Assembly (NCBI GenBank): GCA_903888345.1
Contig: CAISTG010000004.1
Coordinates: forward strand, 6,393-70,392
Reading direction: 5' to 3'
DNA from: Candidatus Buchananbacteria bacterium
GTDB lineage: Bacteria; Patescibacteriota; Patescibacteriia; 2-01-FULL-39-33
Length of the DNA stretch: 64,000 nt
The position numbers and the translations under genes were made by a program. The notes under the pieces are model-generated. The model saw only the letters and a program-made list of their open reading frames with translations, ran no database searches and was not told the DNA's origin. The stretch's first letter is position 1. The number at the start of each line of letters is the position of its first letter. Below are positions 9,490 to 18,240 of this stretch, piece by piece.

Positions 9490-9963
9490 ATGAAATTCAA
9501 ATGGAATTATGCAGTGATCCCACTCAGCGTGATCGCTATTTCAGTGGCCGGCAGTTTAGTGACTGGCGGTAATATGAATTGGTATCGCGCTTTGAATTTG
9601 CCCCCAATCGCGCCACCAGGTGCCTTTATTGGCGCTGTCTGGACCGTAATCTTTATCCTGTCAGCTATTTCCATCTTATTATTTTGGAATAAAGAAAAAA
9701 ATAAAAAAGTAAAAAAGAATCTGGCGGAGTTATTTTTACTTAATGGGTTATTAAATTTATTATGGAGCATCGTCTTTTTCGGCTTGCATTTGATCGGTTG
9801 GTCGATTGTAGAAATGCTGGCTTTAAATATTACTAATCTCGTATTGATCGTCTGGCTCTGGCGCCGGAAAAAGCAGGCCGCCTCGATCCTCTTGTGGCCG
9901 TATTTTGCCTGGGTTAGTTTTGCGACCTACTTGGCCTATTCAGTGTGGTTACTAAATCGTTAG
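9490..9963 (+). CDS. tspO: TspO/MBR family tryptophan-rich sensory protein
   Basis: 157 aa with 5 TM segments and Trp-rich motifs (WYRALNLPPIAPPGAFIGAVWT and LWPYFAWVSFATYLAYSVWLLN) characteristic of TspO. Confidence 0.8.
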   Translation: MKFKWNYAVIPLSVIAISVAGSLVTGGNMNWYRALNLPPIAPPGAFIGAVWTVIFILSAISILLFWNKEKNKKVKKNLAELFLLNGLLNLLWSIVFFGLHLIGWSIVEMLALNITNLVLIVWLWRRKKQAASILLWPYFAWVSFATYLAYSVWLLNR

Positions 9964-10009
9964 GTCTTGAACAATATATCAGATTATGCTATGCTAATTT
10001 GATATCAAT

Positions 10010-11026
10010 ATGACTAGCAACAATAAAACAATCGGTTTAGTGCCGGTGATAGCGGCAATTCTGGGTAATTTCACCGTTACCTTTTTGAAATTTGCCGCTT
10101 TTTTCTTTTCCGGTTCCAGTGCGATGTTTTCGGAAGGCATCCATAGTGTCGCGGACACCGCTAATCAGGTATTTTTAGCGGTCGGCTTGCGTCGGTCTAA
10201 AAAGCTACCGGATGAGGATTTCTTATATGGCTATGGTAACGAACGATTCTTTTGGGCGCTCATATCGGCCTGTGGTATTTTCTTTATCGGTGCCGGTGTT
10301 ACTATCTACAAGGGTATTAATACTTTACTTACTGCTGGTGAAGTTCACTTTAATTTTTTTACAGTTATTGTCTTGTTAGTGTCGTTCGTGATTGAGTCGA
10401 TTACTTTGGGTTTGGCGATTTACGAATTACGCACGCATAATCCCGGTAAGTCGGCGTTAGAAATTTATGCTGATGGTGATCCCTCCACTTTAGCCGTTTT
10501 ATTAGAAGACAGTGTCGCCTTAATTGGTATCTTGGTGGCGTTCGCCAGTATCGGTTTGAGTTATTTAACTGGCCAAACATATTTTGATGCTATCGGCTCG
10601 ATTATTATTGGTTTGATGTTAGCGGTCGTGGCGATTATTTTGATCACCAAGAATCGCGAATATTTAATTGGCCGTGCTATTCCTGATGATTTGCAAGATG
10701 ATATTATCGATGTTTTGGAGGCAGAACCGGCAATCGAAAAGATTTTAGACTTTAAATCCCAGACTCTTGATGTCGGCATTTATCGCATTAAGTGTGAGAT
10801 CGAATTTAATGGTTATGTCTTACTGAAAGAAATTTATCAATCGCGCGGCACGACCCTACGAGAGGACTATAATGATGTTAAAGATGATTTTGAAGAATTC
10901 AAAAAATTCTGCGCTGATTATGCTGATCGTTTACCGCGCTTAGTGGGTAAGAAAATCGATGATATTGAAAATACTCTAAAGCTGAAGTATCCTAGTATTA
11001 AGTATATCGATATTGAAATCAATTAA
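10010..11026 (+). CDS. Cation diffusion facilitator (CDF) family metal efflux transporter
   Basis: Six TM segments with a HSVADTANQ motif in TM2 and HD-type metal sites, followed by a C-terminal cytoplasmic domain. Confidence 0.75.
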   Translation: MTSNNKTIGLVPVIAAILGNFTVTFLKFAAFFFSGSSAMFSEGIHSVADTANQVFLAVGLRRSKKLPDEDFLYGYGNERFFWALISACGIFFIGAGVTIYKGINTLLTAGEVHFNFFTVIVLLVSFVIESITLGLAIYELRTHNPGKSALEIYADGDPSTLAVLLEDSVALIGILVAFASIGLSYLTGQTYFDAIGSIIIGLMLAVVAIILITKNREYLIGRAIPDDLQDDIIDVLEAEPAIEKILDFKSQTLDVGIYRIKCEIEFNGYVLLKEIYQSRGTTLREDYNDVKDDFEEFKKFCADYADRLPRLVGKKIDDIENTLKLKYPSIKYIDIEIN

Positions 11027-11035
11027 AATTTACGA

Positions 11036-11068
11036 TAAAAAAATCCCGCTGCTATGGCGGGATTTTTT
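11036..11068. terminator. Bidirectional terminator between the CDF gene and the giant-protein gene
   Basis: ATCCCGC-tgctatg-GCGGGAT hairpin flanked by an A-run and a T-run. Confidence 0.75.
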
Positions 11069-11079
11069 AATGAGATTAT

Positions 11080-14000
11080 TTATCTGACTTTATCAGTCAA
11101 GATGGTGAAAATTGTTTTGATACCCTTGTCGACGTTTTTGATGTTTTTGAGACTAACGGATTCATCGCCGACATAACCCATCATTTCATTTTTGGCGGCA
11201 TTAAAGGAGAAGTGCATATCGCCTAATTGCTCGGCGGCTAGATGGTTGATTGGCGGTGGTACATCAAAATTTAATTCGCCACCCTTGTAAGAAATATTCT
11301 TGACAGCGAAATCGGCAGCGTCGGCAGCTGAGTATTCTTTGGCAACGCCGAAGTGACGGAAGATACTATCTAATGATTTGCCAATGCCCCGTTCGTTATG
11401 AGTATTGGCCATCAAGTCAGTTACTTTTTGCCATTCACTCATAGTTGCAGAGTCTTGGTAACTCTCGACATTAGTTGGTAGCGGGAAAATTTCAGAAGTT
11501 GGTGCAGTGACTTGTTCGACGCCGGTAGTAGCGAGTGTTTCGGAGGTACCGCCGGTCCCAGTCATTAAGTGCTCAGTTCTTAGCGGACCAACGGGTAAGT
11601 TATCGGGAATATGACCAGTTGCGTTGGCGGCGTGAATAGCTGCTTCCTGCGATTGTTGTAAGGCATGGGCGGCGGCATCGGCCGATAATCCTTGATTATG
11701 TAGTTGGCTCATCGTGTCATAGGCCTGTTGATTCAGATGGATGCCTTTGGGTAGATGTTCGACAACCTGTTGATTGAAAGCATTATTGGCTTCGATATGT
11801 TTAACCGCTTCGGCTGATAAATTACTGGCTTGCTCGGCGAAGGATTCCTTATTAAACATTCCACCGATTACTTCGTTGAAGTGATCGTTCTGGGAAATTT
11901 TTTCTAAGTCAGCAGGAGTTAAAATATCAATGTTAGCCCCTTTATGTAAGCCAAAGAGTTCGGGATTTTTAGCAATTTGATCTTTGATGTTATCAATGAT
12001 GTGAGTTTCTCGGCCGTCAGAAATACTGGGGGCATGTAAATGATTAATTAAGGTATCAACTTTTTTATCAATGAGGCCCCAGAGGTGAGGAGACTTGTCG
12101 CCATGAACGCCTCGCATTTCTTTAATGGCATCGGCAAGTGGATTAACTTTCGGAGCTTCGATAACCGCGGCAGCAGCACCCGTTGGGTGTGCTTGTTCTA
12201 CTGCGGCAGCAGCAACATTAGGACTGGTCGGAGTGCCGGCCTCAATGGGAGTCCCCCAATGTGAATGAATATAATCCATGGCCACATGACCAATGGTTGG
12301 TGCCAGCGCCGCCGCTAGACCAACGGTAATCATGCCACCATATTTGAGTAAATCCTTTTTTTGTTTATCTGAAAGAGCGCTATCTTTGAGGGTTTGTAAT
12401 TTAAGCGCTAGTGATTCTGGTGTGTCATTATCGGTGATTTTCATGGCTTCATAATCATTATTGCCCCACTTTTTTTCACCAATTGCTTTAAAAGCTCTTT
12501 CTGCTGTCCACATGGCCATCGGAACACGGGTAATCCACATTTCACGAGCCGCAATAGTTCCAAGGCCCAGTAAGACAGCCGTGAACGCTCGTTGATAATT
12601 ATTACCGCCACCCTTAACCATGAAGCCACTAATGGCTGATGTGACTTTTTGTGGAAACTTTAATATTCGACTATCAGATCGTTTAATTTTATCTGATAAT
12701 CCCTCGATTGCAGTCATTTCTTTCTCGAATGTTTTCTGATCAATTTTCTGAAGTGTTGATAATGATTTAATAATATCAGCACGTTTTTCTACTTCAACAT
12801 CAGCTAGTAATTCATCATTATCTTTAATAAAATCATTGAAGACAAATTTGCGATTGCCGTTGATACGTTTTTGTTGGGTGATGGCCGCTTCAGTAAAAAA
12901 TTGTTTTAAGAAAGCCTCCCGACTGTCGGGATCAGCTTCGAGGGCAGCTCGCATTTTGGCATACTTGGCATCAACTAGCTTCTTTTGTCTGCGGTCGGTG
13001 ACAAAATTATCAACCACTCTTGCTCCGGCGATTGTTGCCACGGTGCCGATACCGGCAGTGGCGCCAGTTAAGAGAGCGGCGGCCCCAACACCGGCACCAA
13101 TGCCAAGATAAACACCAAATTTTGTTAGTTTTGCTTTACGAGCCGCAGCAATGTTTGTGCTGGCCTCATCAGCGGTAGTGACATCAGCTAAACGCCCAGC
13201 ATTGATTTCAATCAAAGCTAGTTTTCTTAATCGTTCTTCCTGGTTACTGATTAAATCCTCGGCTTGTTCTAAGGTTAAGCCGGTTTCTTTGGCTAGTTGA
13301 TTGGCTAATAATTTTTGTTTAGTTTGGTGATCAAGGCTTTTGCTGTCGAGTAGGGTAGCTAATAGCTCTTTACGCAAAGCTTCTTGTGAAATTGTTTTCT
13401 TGCCTTCGGGCGAGAAAATATCTTTGATAGTTTGACTACCTTTCATGATAAGCTCTTCAACCTTACTGGATTTAACAAATTCAGCTTGAGCCGCAGCTGT
13501 AGCCTTAATTTCATCTTCAGTGAGAATACGTCCTTCTGTCCTGGATGTTTTCGCTAAAAGTTCTCTGAGTTGGGTTTGATTAGAGATGTTTCTAATGTTA
13601 GGTTGGTTCTCGGCTTTAGTGGCCTTTGGTTTACGTTTTGGTTTGGGGATTGGCGGGGGAGTGGCGTTATCTTCCACGATAGGCTCTGTTTCTTCTACGG
13701 CTGGGGCCGGTGTTTCTGCCGGTTCAACGGTTGACTCTACAGCTGGTTCATTTGCCTGCTGTTCTTCCCATTGATTATGCCAAACAAACATAATGCTATT
13801 ATATGTTTCATAATCCTCTTCAATTTCGATTTGCAAAACAGTTAAAATATCAAGAGTCTCGTTTGGTTTTAATTTTTCAGTGGCCTTTTTTAATCTTTCT
13901 TCAAATCTCGCTTTTATATCAAGCAACTTTTGTCGCATTCGTGGATTAATTAGATCTTTATTGTCTTCGTATAACTGATTAAATTCTCCAATCTTGGCGC

Positions 14001-15261
14001 TAACTATTGCCGCCCTTAATCTAATCTCTTCTTTTTCTCCAGCAGAGATGATTGTCTCGGGCGCTGGTGGAGGAGCAGTTTCGTGATTTGTTGGCGCAGT
14101 AGTCCCTGCGGCTTCGCGCTCAGCATCAGCGACCATTCTTTCAAAATCAATAGTTGGTGTTGTTGTTGGAACTTCGCCAATTGGTTTGGGATTGCGACTT
14201 TCCCAATTAAAAAGCTTTTCATCGACTACGTGATGGTGCCATTGTTGATAGCCCGGTTCCTGTTCTCCAACTGGGGCACTCTGGGTTAATTGTGAGATAT
14301 AAGCGCGGCGGTTATTTTCCCACTCAGTTAACGTCATTATTTTTTTCTCCGTCGTTTTTCTGGGTTCAGTTGGCGCTGGATTGGGTTGGTTTTCAGTTAG
14401 GGGAGGCTGTTGGTTAACTGGAGTTTCGACTACATGAATCTGTGTGTCAGTAGTTAATGGTGCAGTTGTCTCACTATTTAATAGTGGTTCTGGAAGGGGT
14501 GCTTCTGGTATTGGAGCGACGTTTGAATTTTCAAGTGGCGGCACTGGGGGTTTCGGCGCCTTGGCCGTCTCGATTATTTTTCTAACGATGCGCATTCTCT
14601 CTTCGCCTCGTTTTAAGATATCTTCAAATTCTCTAGCAGCATCAGCGGCAGTTACTTCACCTTGATTTTTACGATAAAGAATATCATAAGTGGTGCGTGT
14701 TTCATTAGCAACAAAATCTCGATAAGCATCACCTAATTTAAATTTTGGATCTACTTGAGATAAATCTCTTATTATACCTGCATAGGTTTTAAATTGGGTA
14801 TTTACTCTATTTTGCATGTCCGTCATTCTGGCAAGGTCAGCTTCAGATTCAACTGACATTGGGGGGCGCTCTGGGGTTGGTTCAATTGGTGCCGGATTGG
14901 ATTCAACTGAAGTGGTCACATCAGCTAAACGTTCTTCAGTGGTCGCGACTAAGCCTTGCACTTGCTCGGCATTTTTTTCGATTATAGCGGCATCGGCTGA
15001 TTCCTCGATCGGTTCAGTTGGCTGTAACTCTAAAACAGCGGCAGCGGCTGTTTCAGCTTGCTGCTGCTTTTCTTGGGCGGCTTTAATAACTTCAGCAACT
15101 GGCGCTGCTTCTTGCTCCCCGGACGCATTAGCGTTAGCTTCAGCTGCTTGACGTGCTTTAATTTCAGCTTGATTTTTTATCCATTCCTGCTGTGCCTTGA
15201 GTCCATCCTCAGGGCTTTCGCCTTTATCCTTAGTGAGTTTTTTTCTCTTGTTATCCGCCAT
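11080..15261 (-). CDS. Giant (1393 aa) hypothetical surface/membrane protein
   Basis: One uninterrupted ORF. Contains Pro/Ala/Glu-rich low-complexity stretches, coiled-coil segments and a glycine-zipper hydrophobic segment (GVYLGIGAGVGAAALLTGATAGIGTVATIAGA). No catalytic motif recognised. Native (AT-rich) codon usage. Confidence 0.7.
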   Translation of the reverse strand: MADNKRKKLTKDKGESPEDGLKAQQEWIKNQAEIKARQAAEANANASGEQEAAPVAEVIKAAQEKQQQAETAAAAVLELQPTEPIEESADAAIIEKNAEQVQGLVATTEERLADVTTSVESNPAPIEPTPERPPMSVESEADLARMTDMQNRVNTQFKTYAGIIRDLSQVDPKFKLGDAYRDFVANETRTTYDILYRKNQGEVTAADAAREFEDILKRGEERMRIVRKIIETAKAPKPPVPPLENSNVAPIPEAPLPEPLLNSETTAPLTTDTQIHVVETPVNQQPPLTENQPNPAPTEPRKTTEKKIMTLTEWENNRRAYISQLTQSAPVGEQEPGYQQWHHHVVDEKLFNWESRNPKPIGEVPTTTPTIDFERMVADAEREAAGTTAPTNHETAPPPAPETIISAGEKEEIRLRAAIVSAKIGEFNQLYEDNKDLINPRMRQKLLDIKARFEERLKKATEKLKPNETLDILTVLQIEIEEDYETYNSIMFVWHNQWEEQQANEPAVESTVEPAETPAPAVEETEPIVEDNATPPPIPKPKRKPKATKAENQPNIRNISNQTQLRELLAKTSRTEGRILTEDEIKATAAAQAEFVKSSKVEELIMKGSQTIKDIFSPEGKKTISQEALRKELLATLLDSKSLDHQTKQKLLANQLAKETGLTLEQAEDLISNQEERLRKLALIEINAGRLADVTTADEASTNIAAARKAKLTKFGVYLGIGAGVGAAALLTGATAGIGTVATIAGARVVDNFVTDRRQKKLVDAKYAKMRAALEADPDSREAFLKQFFTEAAITQQKRINGNRKFVFNDFIKDNDELLADVEVEKRADIIKSLSTLQKIDQKTFEKEMTAIEGLSDKIKRSDSRILKFPQKVTSAISGFMVKGGGNNYQRAFTAVLLGLGTIAAREMWITRVPMAMWTAERAFKAIGEKKWGNNDYEAMKITDNDTPESLALKLQTLKDSALSDKQKKDLLKYGGMITVGLAAALAPTIGHVAMDYIHSHWGTPIEAGTPTSPNVAAAAVEQAHPTGAAAAVIEAPKVNPLADAIKEMRGVHGDKSPHLWGLIDKKVDTLINHLHAPSISDGRETHIIDNIKDQIAKNPELFGLHKGANIDILTPADLEKISQNDHFNEVIGGMFNKESFAEQASNLSAEAVKHIEANNAFNQQVVEHLPKGIHLNQQAYDTMSQLHNQGLSADAAAHALQQSQEAAIHAANATGHIPDNLPVGPLRTEHLMTGTGGTSETLATTGVEQVTAPTSEIFPLPTNVESYQDSATMSEWQKVTDLMANTHNERGIGKSLDSIFRHFGVAKEYSAADAADFAVKNISYKGGELNFDVPPPINHLAAEQLGDMHFSFNAAKNEMMGYVGDESVSLKNIKNVDKGIKTIFTILTDKVR

Positions 15262-15265
15262 AAGA

Positions 15266-15448
15266 TTATTTTATTTTCTTTAGGATTGCTTGGATTTTTT
15301 TATCATCAGACTTGCGATTAAGACGATCGATAATTTTTATTCTCTCCGCTTTAAGCAAAGCCAGTTCATATTCGAACTCGCGATAGATGTTGTCTATTTT
15401 TTTAAGCGCCGCTTGCAGCTGTTGCTGCGAAAGTGCTTTAGTGGCCAT
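15266..15448 (-). CDS. Small coiled-coil protein (60 aa), first or second gene of the giant-protein operon
   Basis: Stop lies 4 nt upstream of the giant gene start. Helical and K/E-rich. Confidence 0.45.
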   Translation of the reverse strand: MATKALSQQQLQAALKKIDNIYREFEYELALLKAERIKIIDRLNRKSDDKKIQAILKKIK

Positions 15449-15460
15449 AATAATTTGGCG

Positions 15461-15775
15461 TTACTTTTGTGAAGCAGTAATAAAGTCGGTAGCAAATTCC
15501 GCTAATGCCGCCTGGATTTTTTGTTCGACGTTAGGAATTTTTTCTTGATAGAATTTTTCGACAGCGCGAAAATCCGGCTGTGGTTCAACCGACATTAACT
15601 CGCTGAATTCCGTGAGTGCGGCTTCGTCTAAGTTTTCCATTAAGGCAATACCTAAACGGCGATTAACCTGCTCTTTGAGCTTTTCGATATATTGCGCTTT
15701 GAAATCAGTTGGTAAATTAAGCTTAGATTCTCTCAGTAGATTTTCCACAAAGAGATTTAAAGGTTCTTGGTCCAT
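15461..15775 (-). CDS. Hypothetical protein (104 aa), operon with the 60-aa and 1393-aa genes
   Basis: Co-directional with 12-nt spacing. A TGTTATAATTAA-type -10 lies upstream on the minus strand at about 15803-15818. Confidence 0.5.
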   Translation of the reverse strand: MDQEPLNLFVENLLRESKLNLPTDFKAQYIEKLKEQVNRRLGIALMENLDEAALTEFSELMSVEPQPDFRAVEKFYQEKIPNVEQKIQAALAEFATDFITASQK

Positions 15776-16084
15776 AGAAATGGTTTTAGATGATTTAGGT
15801 TGAATTAATTATAACATAATTTTGAGATTTATTGAAAAGATATCTATATAAATATTATGAATAACTAATGATATTGCCTCTCGTCACTTTTTTCTAGAAA
15901 AAAGTAACCAAAAAAGTCGCGACGGTCATAAAACATGGCCAAATTTTAAACTTCATTCACTAAACCAAAAACGCTGTCGCTGTTTTGGTTTGCCCTAACG
16001 GGCCGTTCATTCCCGTTTAAAATTGGCACAAGTTTTATTCATGTCGCCCTTGGCAGAATTTTCATATATTTTAATTTCTTATTT

Positions 16085-16312
16085 TTGTTCCCGTCCCCGT
16101 CTTGCCACCATTTGAAAATATTGTGCTGATTTTATGCGGGAACGACTCAAAAATTATCGCAAGCGACAGCGTCAGATAATTTTTAGGAGTGAAGCATAAA
16201 ATTCAGCCATGATTTTCATCCGGTGGCGATTCTTGCTCCACTTCTTCTAAAGAAGTGGAAAAGGTTAATTCATAAAAACTAGATTCCTGGTCAGGCAAGG
16301 AATGACGCAACT
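16085..16312. repeat. Intergenic repeat block (largest copy of the TTGTTCCC..CCGTCCCCG / hairpin-GAATGACG family)
   Basis: 16085-16120 matches 24322-24358. 16285-16312 (ATTCCTGGTCAGGCAAGGAATGACGC) matches 24400-24418, 43470-43484 and the reverse complement of 359-372. No ORF longer than 60 aa lies in the surrounding 15780-16500 span. Confidence 0.55.
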
Positions 16313-16442
16313 ATGTGGATTGCTATATTTTTTCCACTAGTTGGTAATTCATGGGAGAATTAGTCAATCATTGTAGCTAATTGGATATCTTTCAATTAAG
16401 TTTAGGTGGTTGTACTAATGATTGCAAAGAGAATAAGCAGTA

Positions 16443-16490
16443 AAAAAAAGAAGCGCCGTCCGGAAAACCGGGCGGCGCAATTGTAGATAA
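16443..16490 (-). terminator. Intrinsic terminator of the 16502..16849 gene
   Basis: GCGCCGCCCGG-tttt-CCGGACGGCGC hairpin followed by TTCTTTTTTTT on the minus strand. Confidence 0.8.
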
Positions 16491-16501
16491 AAATGTTCGA
16501 T

Positions 16502-16849
16502 CTAGGAGAGTTTTAACTCTCCTTCCTTATACCAACCAACACCGCCCTGATCGTGGCGTACAATGAAGACTTTGCCTTGGGTCGTCATCCTTTCATCGAT
16601 AATTATTCCCCTGGCATTTGGTATGCGCTTGCCTCCGAACGTGTCGGTATTGATCTCAGCCGGGGTGATGACTTTGGTTCCGTACCGCATGTTTTTTGGT
16701 TTGGTCGACCGATACAGGAACCAATAGATTGTTGCCGCGATACCCCAGCTCAATACGGCAAATTGCCAGTGGAGGGTCGATACGAATACAAGTGCGAACA
16801 ACATACAGAGGGTCGCGAAAAATTCCAGACTCGACTTATACTTGCTCAT
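16502..16849 (-). CDS. Small 2-TM membrane protein with a C-terminal beta-rich domain (GC-rich cassette I2)
   Basis: 115 aa with an AAGGAG SD 8 nt upstream and C/G-ending codons. Carries its own promoter and terminator. Confidence 0.65.
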   Translation of the reverse strand: MSKYKSSLEFFATLCMLFALVFVSTLHWQFAVLSWGIAATIYWFLYRSTKPKNMRYGTKVITPAEINTDTFGGKRIPNARGIIIDERMTTQGKVFIVRHDQGGVGWYKEGELKLS

Positions 16850-16977
16850 CTTTAGACTCCTTTCCTCTTTGAGGATTGTATTTCGGTTAACTTAATTCTC
16901 TGGTTTTAGGATAAAAAGTAGAAAATTTACTTATTGTCCTAAAATCAAGTAATTACGCCATTTCGCTAATAATTAGT

Positions 16978-17006
16978 AGTATAACATACAAAATATAATT
17001 TGTCAA
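16978..17006 (-). promoter_or_regulatory. Consensus sigma70 promoter (TTGACA-17-TATACT) for the 16502..16849 gene
   Basis: Reverse complement reads TTGACAaattatattttgtatgtTATACT. Confidence 0.6.
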
Positions 17007-17121
17007 TTATTTAATGGGTTAATCACTGTTAAATTAGGGAAATATATTTAATCAATTTAATAATATTTATCTAAATTTAAACAAAATATCAATTATTATT
17101 ACTAAATAGTGGATAAAGTAC

Positions 17122-17150
17122 TTGACAAAATATGATAGTTGTGCTATACT
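17122..17150 (+). promoter_or_regulatory. Consensus sigma70 promoter (TTGACA-17-TATACT) for the 17245..18066 gene
   Basis: Reads cTTGACAaaatatgatagttgtgcTATACTg. Confidence 0.6.
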
Positions 17151-17244
17151 GATATATTACACTAAGTTTGGCAAAAGGCCAGGCTAGGGTGTAGGGACCT
17201 ACAAAAACAGGGAATAATCCCTAAAACAAAAGAAAGGGCATACT

Positions 17245-18066
17245 ATGCCTGACAACGACACGAACGCCAACGTCAACGTTACCGAAACCGCAGCGACTCA
17301 GAAGGCTTCATGGAGCGAGCGGAGCAGGGCCTTTTTCCGCAAGATCAACCTGAGGAAGGTTGCTCCCATTGCCATGTTCGCCAGCTTCACCGTTTTGCTC
17401 CTCGTCGCTCTGATCCTGATCGGTATGCAGGCCGCCCAGGAAGTGAACTCAGTCAAAGCGACGGCCAATCAGGCGCTGTCTTTGGCCGCAACCACCTCCG
17501 ATCGGGTCGACACCGCCGAACAGGGGATTGCCCTACTCGCCGGAGAAAATCAGGCGCAGAATCAGCGCTTGACCGCCGTGGAACAAGCGACAGTGGTCGC
17601 GAGCGAAACTGCCACTGCTGCTGTCGCCAAAGCGGACACAGCCAATTCGCGGTTGAACGCGAAGAAGAAGGCCGATAACCAGTTGCACAAGCAGCATGTC
17701 GCCTACATCCGCGGTGCCAATCCTGACAGTCCGATTGCCAAGAAGAGCAACGCTGAAATCGAGGCGTTGCTCAATGATGGCATCTGGAACATCGAAGGCG
17801 ATATTCAGACCGAGTTTGATCGGCTGATCGCTCTCGCTGCTGCCCAGGCCAAGCAGACGGCCGACAGTGTCGTGGAGACTGCCAAGCTGACCGCCACCAA
17901 GTTGGAAGCGGTTGACGTGACGGCGACAAAGGCGCTTGCTGCCGGCGACACCGCAGTCTCGGGGATCAAAGTGATCGCCGATCAGCCTAACAAGCTTTTT
18001 GGCAAGTCGGTCAACGGCGACTCCAAGAAGACTCTCCAAGAGCTGGTGGCCACTTACTCCAAGTAA
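17245..18066 (+). CDS. Membrane-anchored Ala/Thr-rich coiled-coil protein (GC-rich cassette I3)
   Basis: 273 aa with one TM helix (MFASFTVLLLVALILIGM) followed by an Ala-rich helical ectodomain. About 55% GC. The antisense ORFs at 17310..17678 and 17533..18039 are GC artefacts. Confidence 0.65.
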   Translation: MPDNDTNANVNVTETAATQKASWSERSRAFFRKINLRKVAPIAMFASFTVLLLVALILIGMQAAQEVNSVKATANQALSLAATTSDRVDTAEQGIALLAGENQAQNQRLTAVEQATVVASETATAAVAKADTANSRLNAKKKADNQLHKQHVAYIRGANPDSPIAKKSNAEIEALLNDGIWNIEGDIQTEFDRLIALAAAQAKQTADSVVETAKLTATKLEAVDVTATKALAAGDTAVSGIKVIADQPNKLFGKSVNGDSKKTLQELVATYSK

Positions 18067-18104
18067 GCGACCACACCAAAAAAACGTTCATTTTCGACCA
18101 AACC

Positions 18105-18137
18105 GGACGGAGCAACAATTGCTCCGTCTTTTCTTTT
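18105..18137 (+). terminator. Intrinsic terminator of cassette I3
   Basis: GACGGAGCA-acaa-TTGCTCCGTC hairpin followed by TTTTCTTTTG. Confidence 0.8.
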
Positions 18138-18240
18138 GTCTAAAAATATCTATTGTGGATAATCAGTACTAATTTATTAGCTTGTAACTCCGAATTATGT
18201 TATAATTAAATTAACTTTGTTAAGTAAGTGGCAACTTAAA

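Noticed and set aside
15780-16500. Possible tmRNA, RNase P RNA, SRP RNA or 6S RNA in the long ORF-free region
   Set aside because: No tRNA-like 3' end (no TTCGAATCC or TTCAAATCC T-arm) and no resume-codon/tag frame resembling ANDENYALAA are present. The RNase P CR-I/CR-IV boxes (AGTCCGG, ACAGAAAACATACCGCC-like) are absent. The SRP-like string CCTGGTCAGG..GGAATGACGC lacks the GGAAGCAGC domain-IV core and recurs as a repeat motif elsewhere.
17310-18039. Antisense and alternate-frame ORFs inside GC-rich genes (17310..17678 +, 17533..18039 -, 8000..8902 set, 61688..62293 -, 61929..62204 +, 13586..15151 set)
   Set aside because: They fully overlap longer ORFs that have coherent domain structure and SD/promoter/terminator context. 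Long spurious frames are expected in GC-rich or low-complexity DNA. Translations are Arg/Ser/Pro-rich nonsense.
18217-18240. TTG/GTG starts reported by the ORF track for the SBP gene (18217), pilin paralog 3 (20765), the 34400 ORF and the 37684 start of CYTH-2
   Set aside because: In each case a downstream ATG gives a sensible signal peptide or sits behind the SD, and the longer ORF overlaps the upstream gene. The track evidently reports alternative start codons as M.
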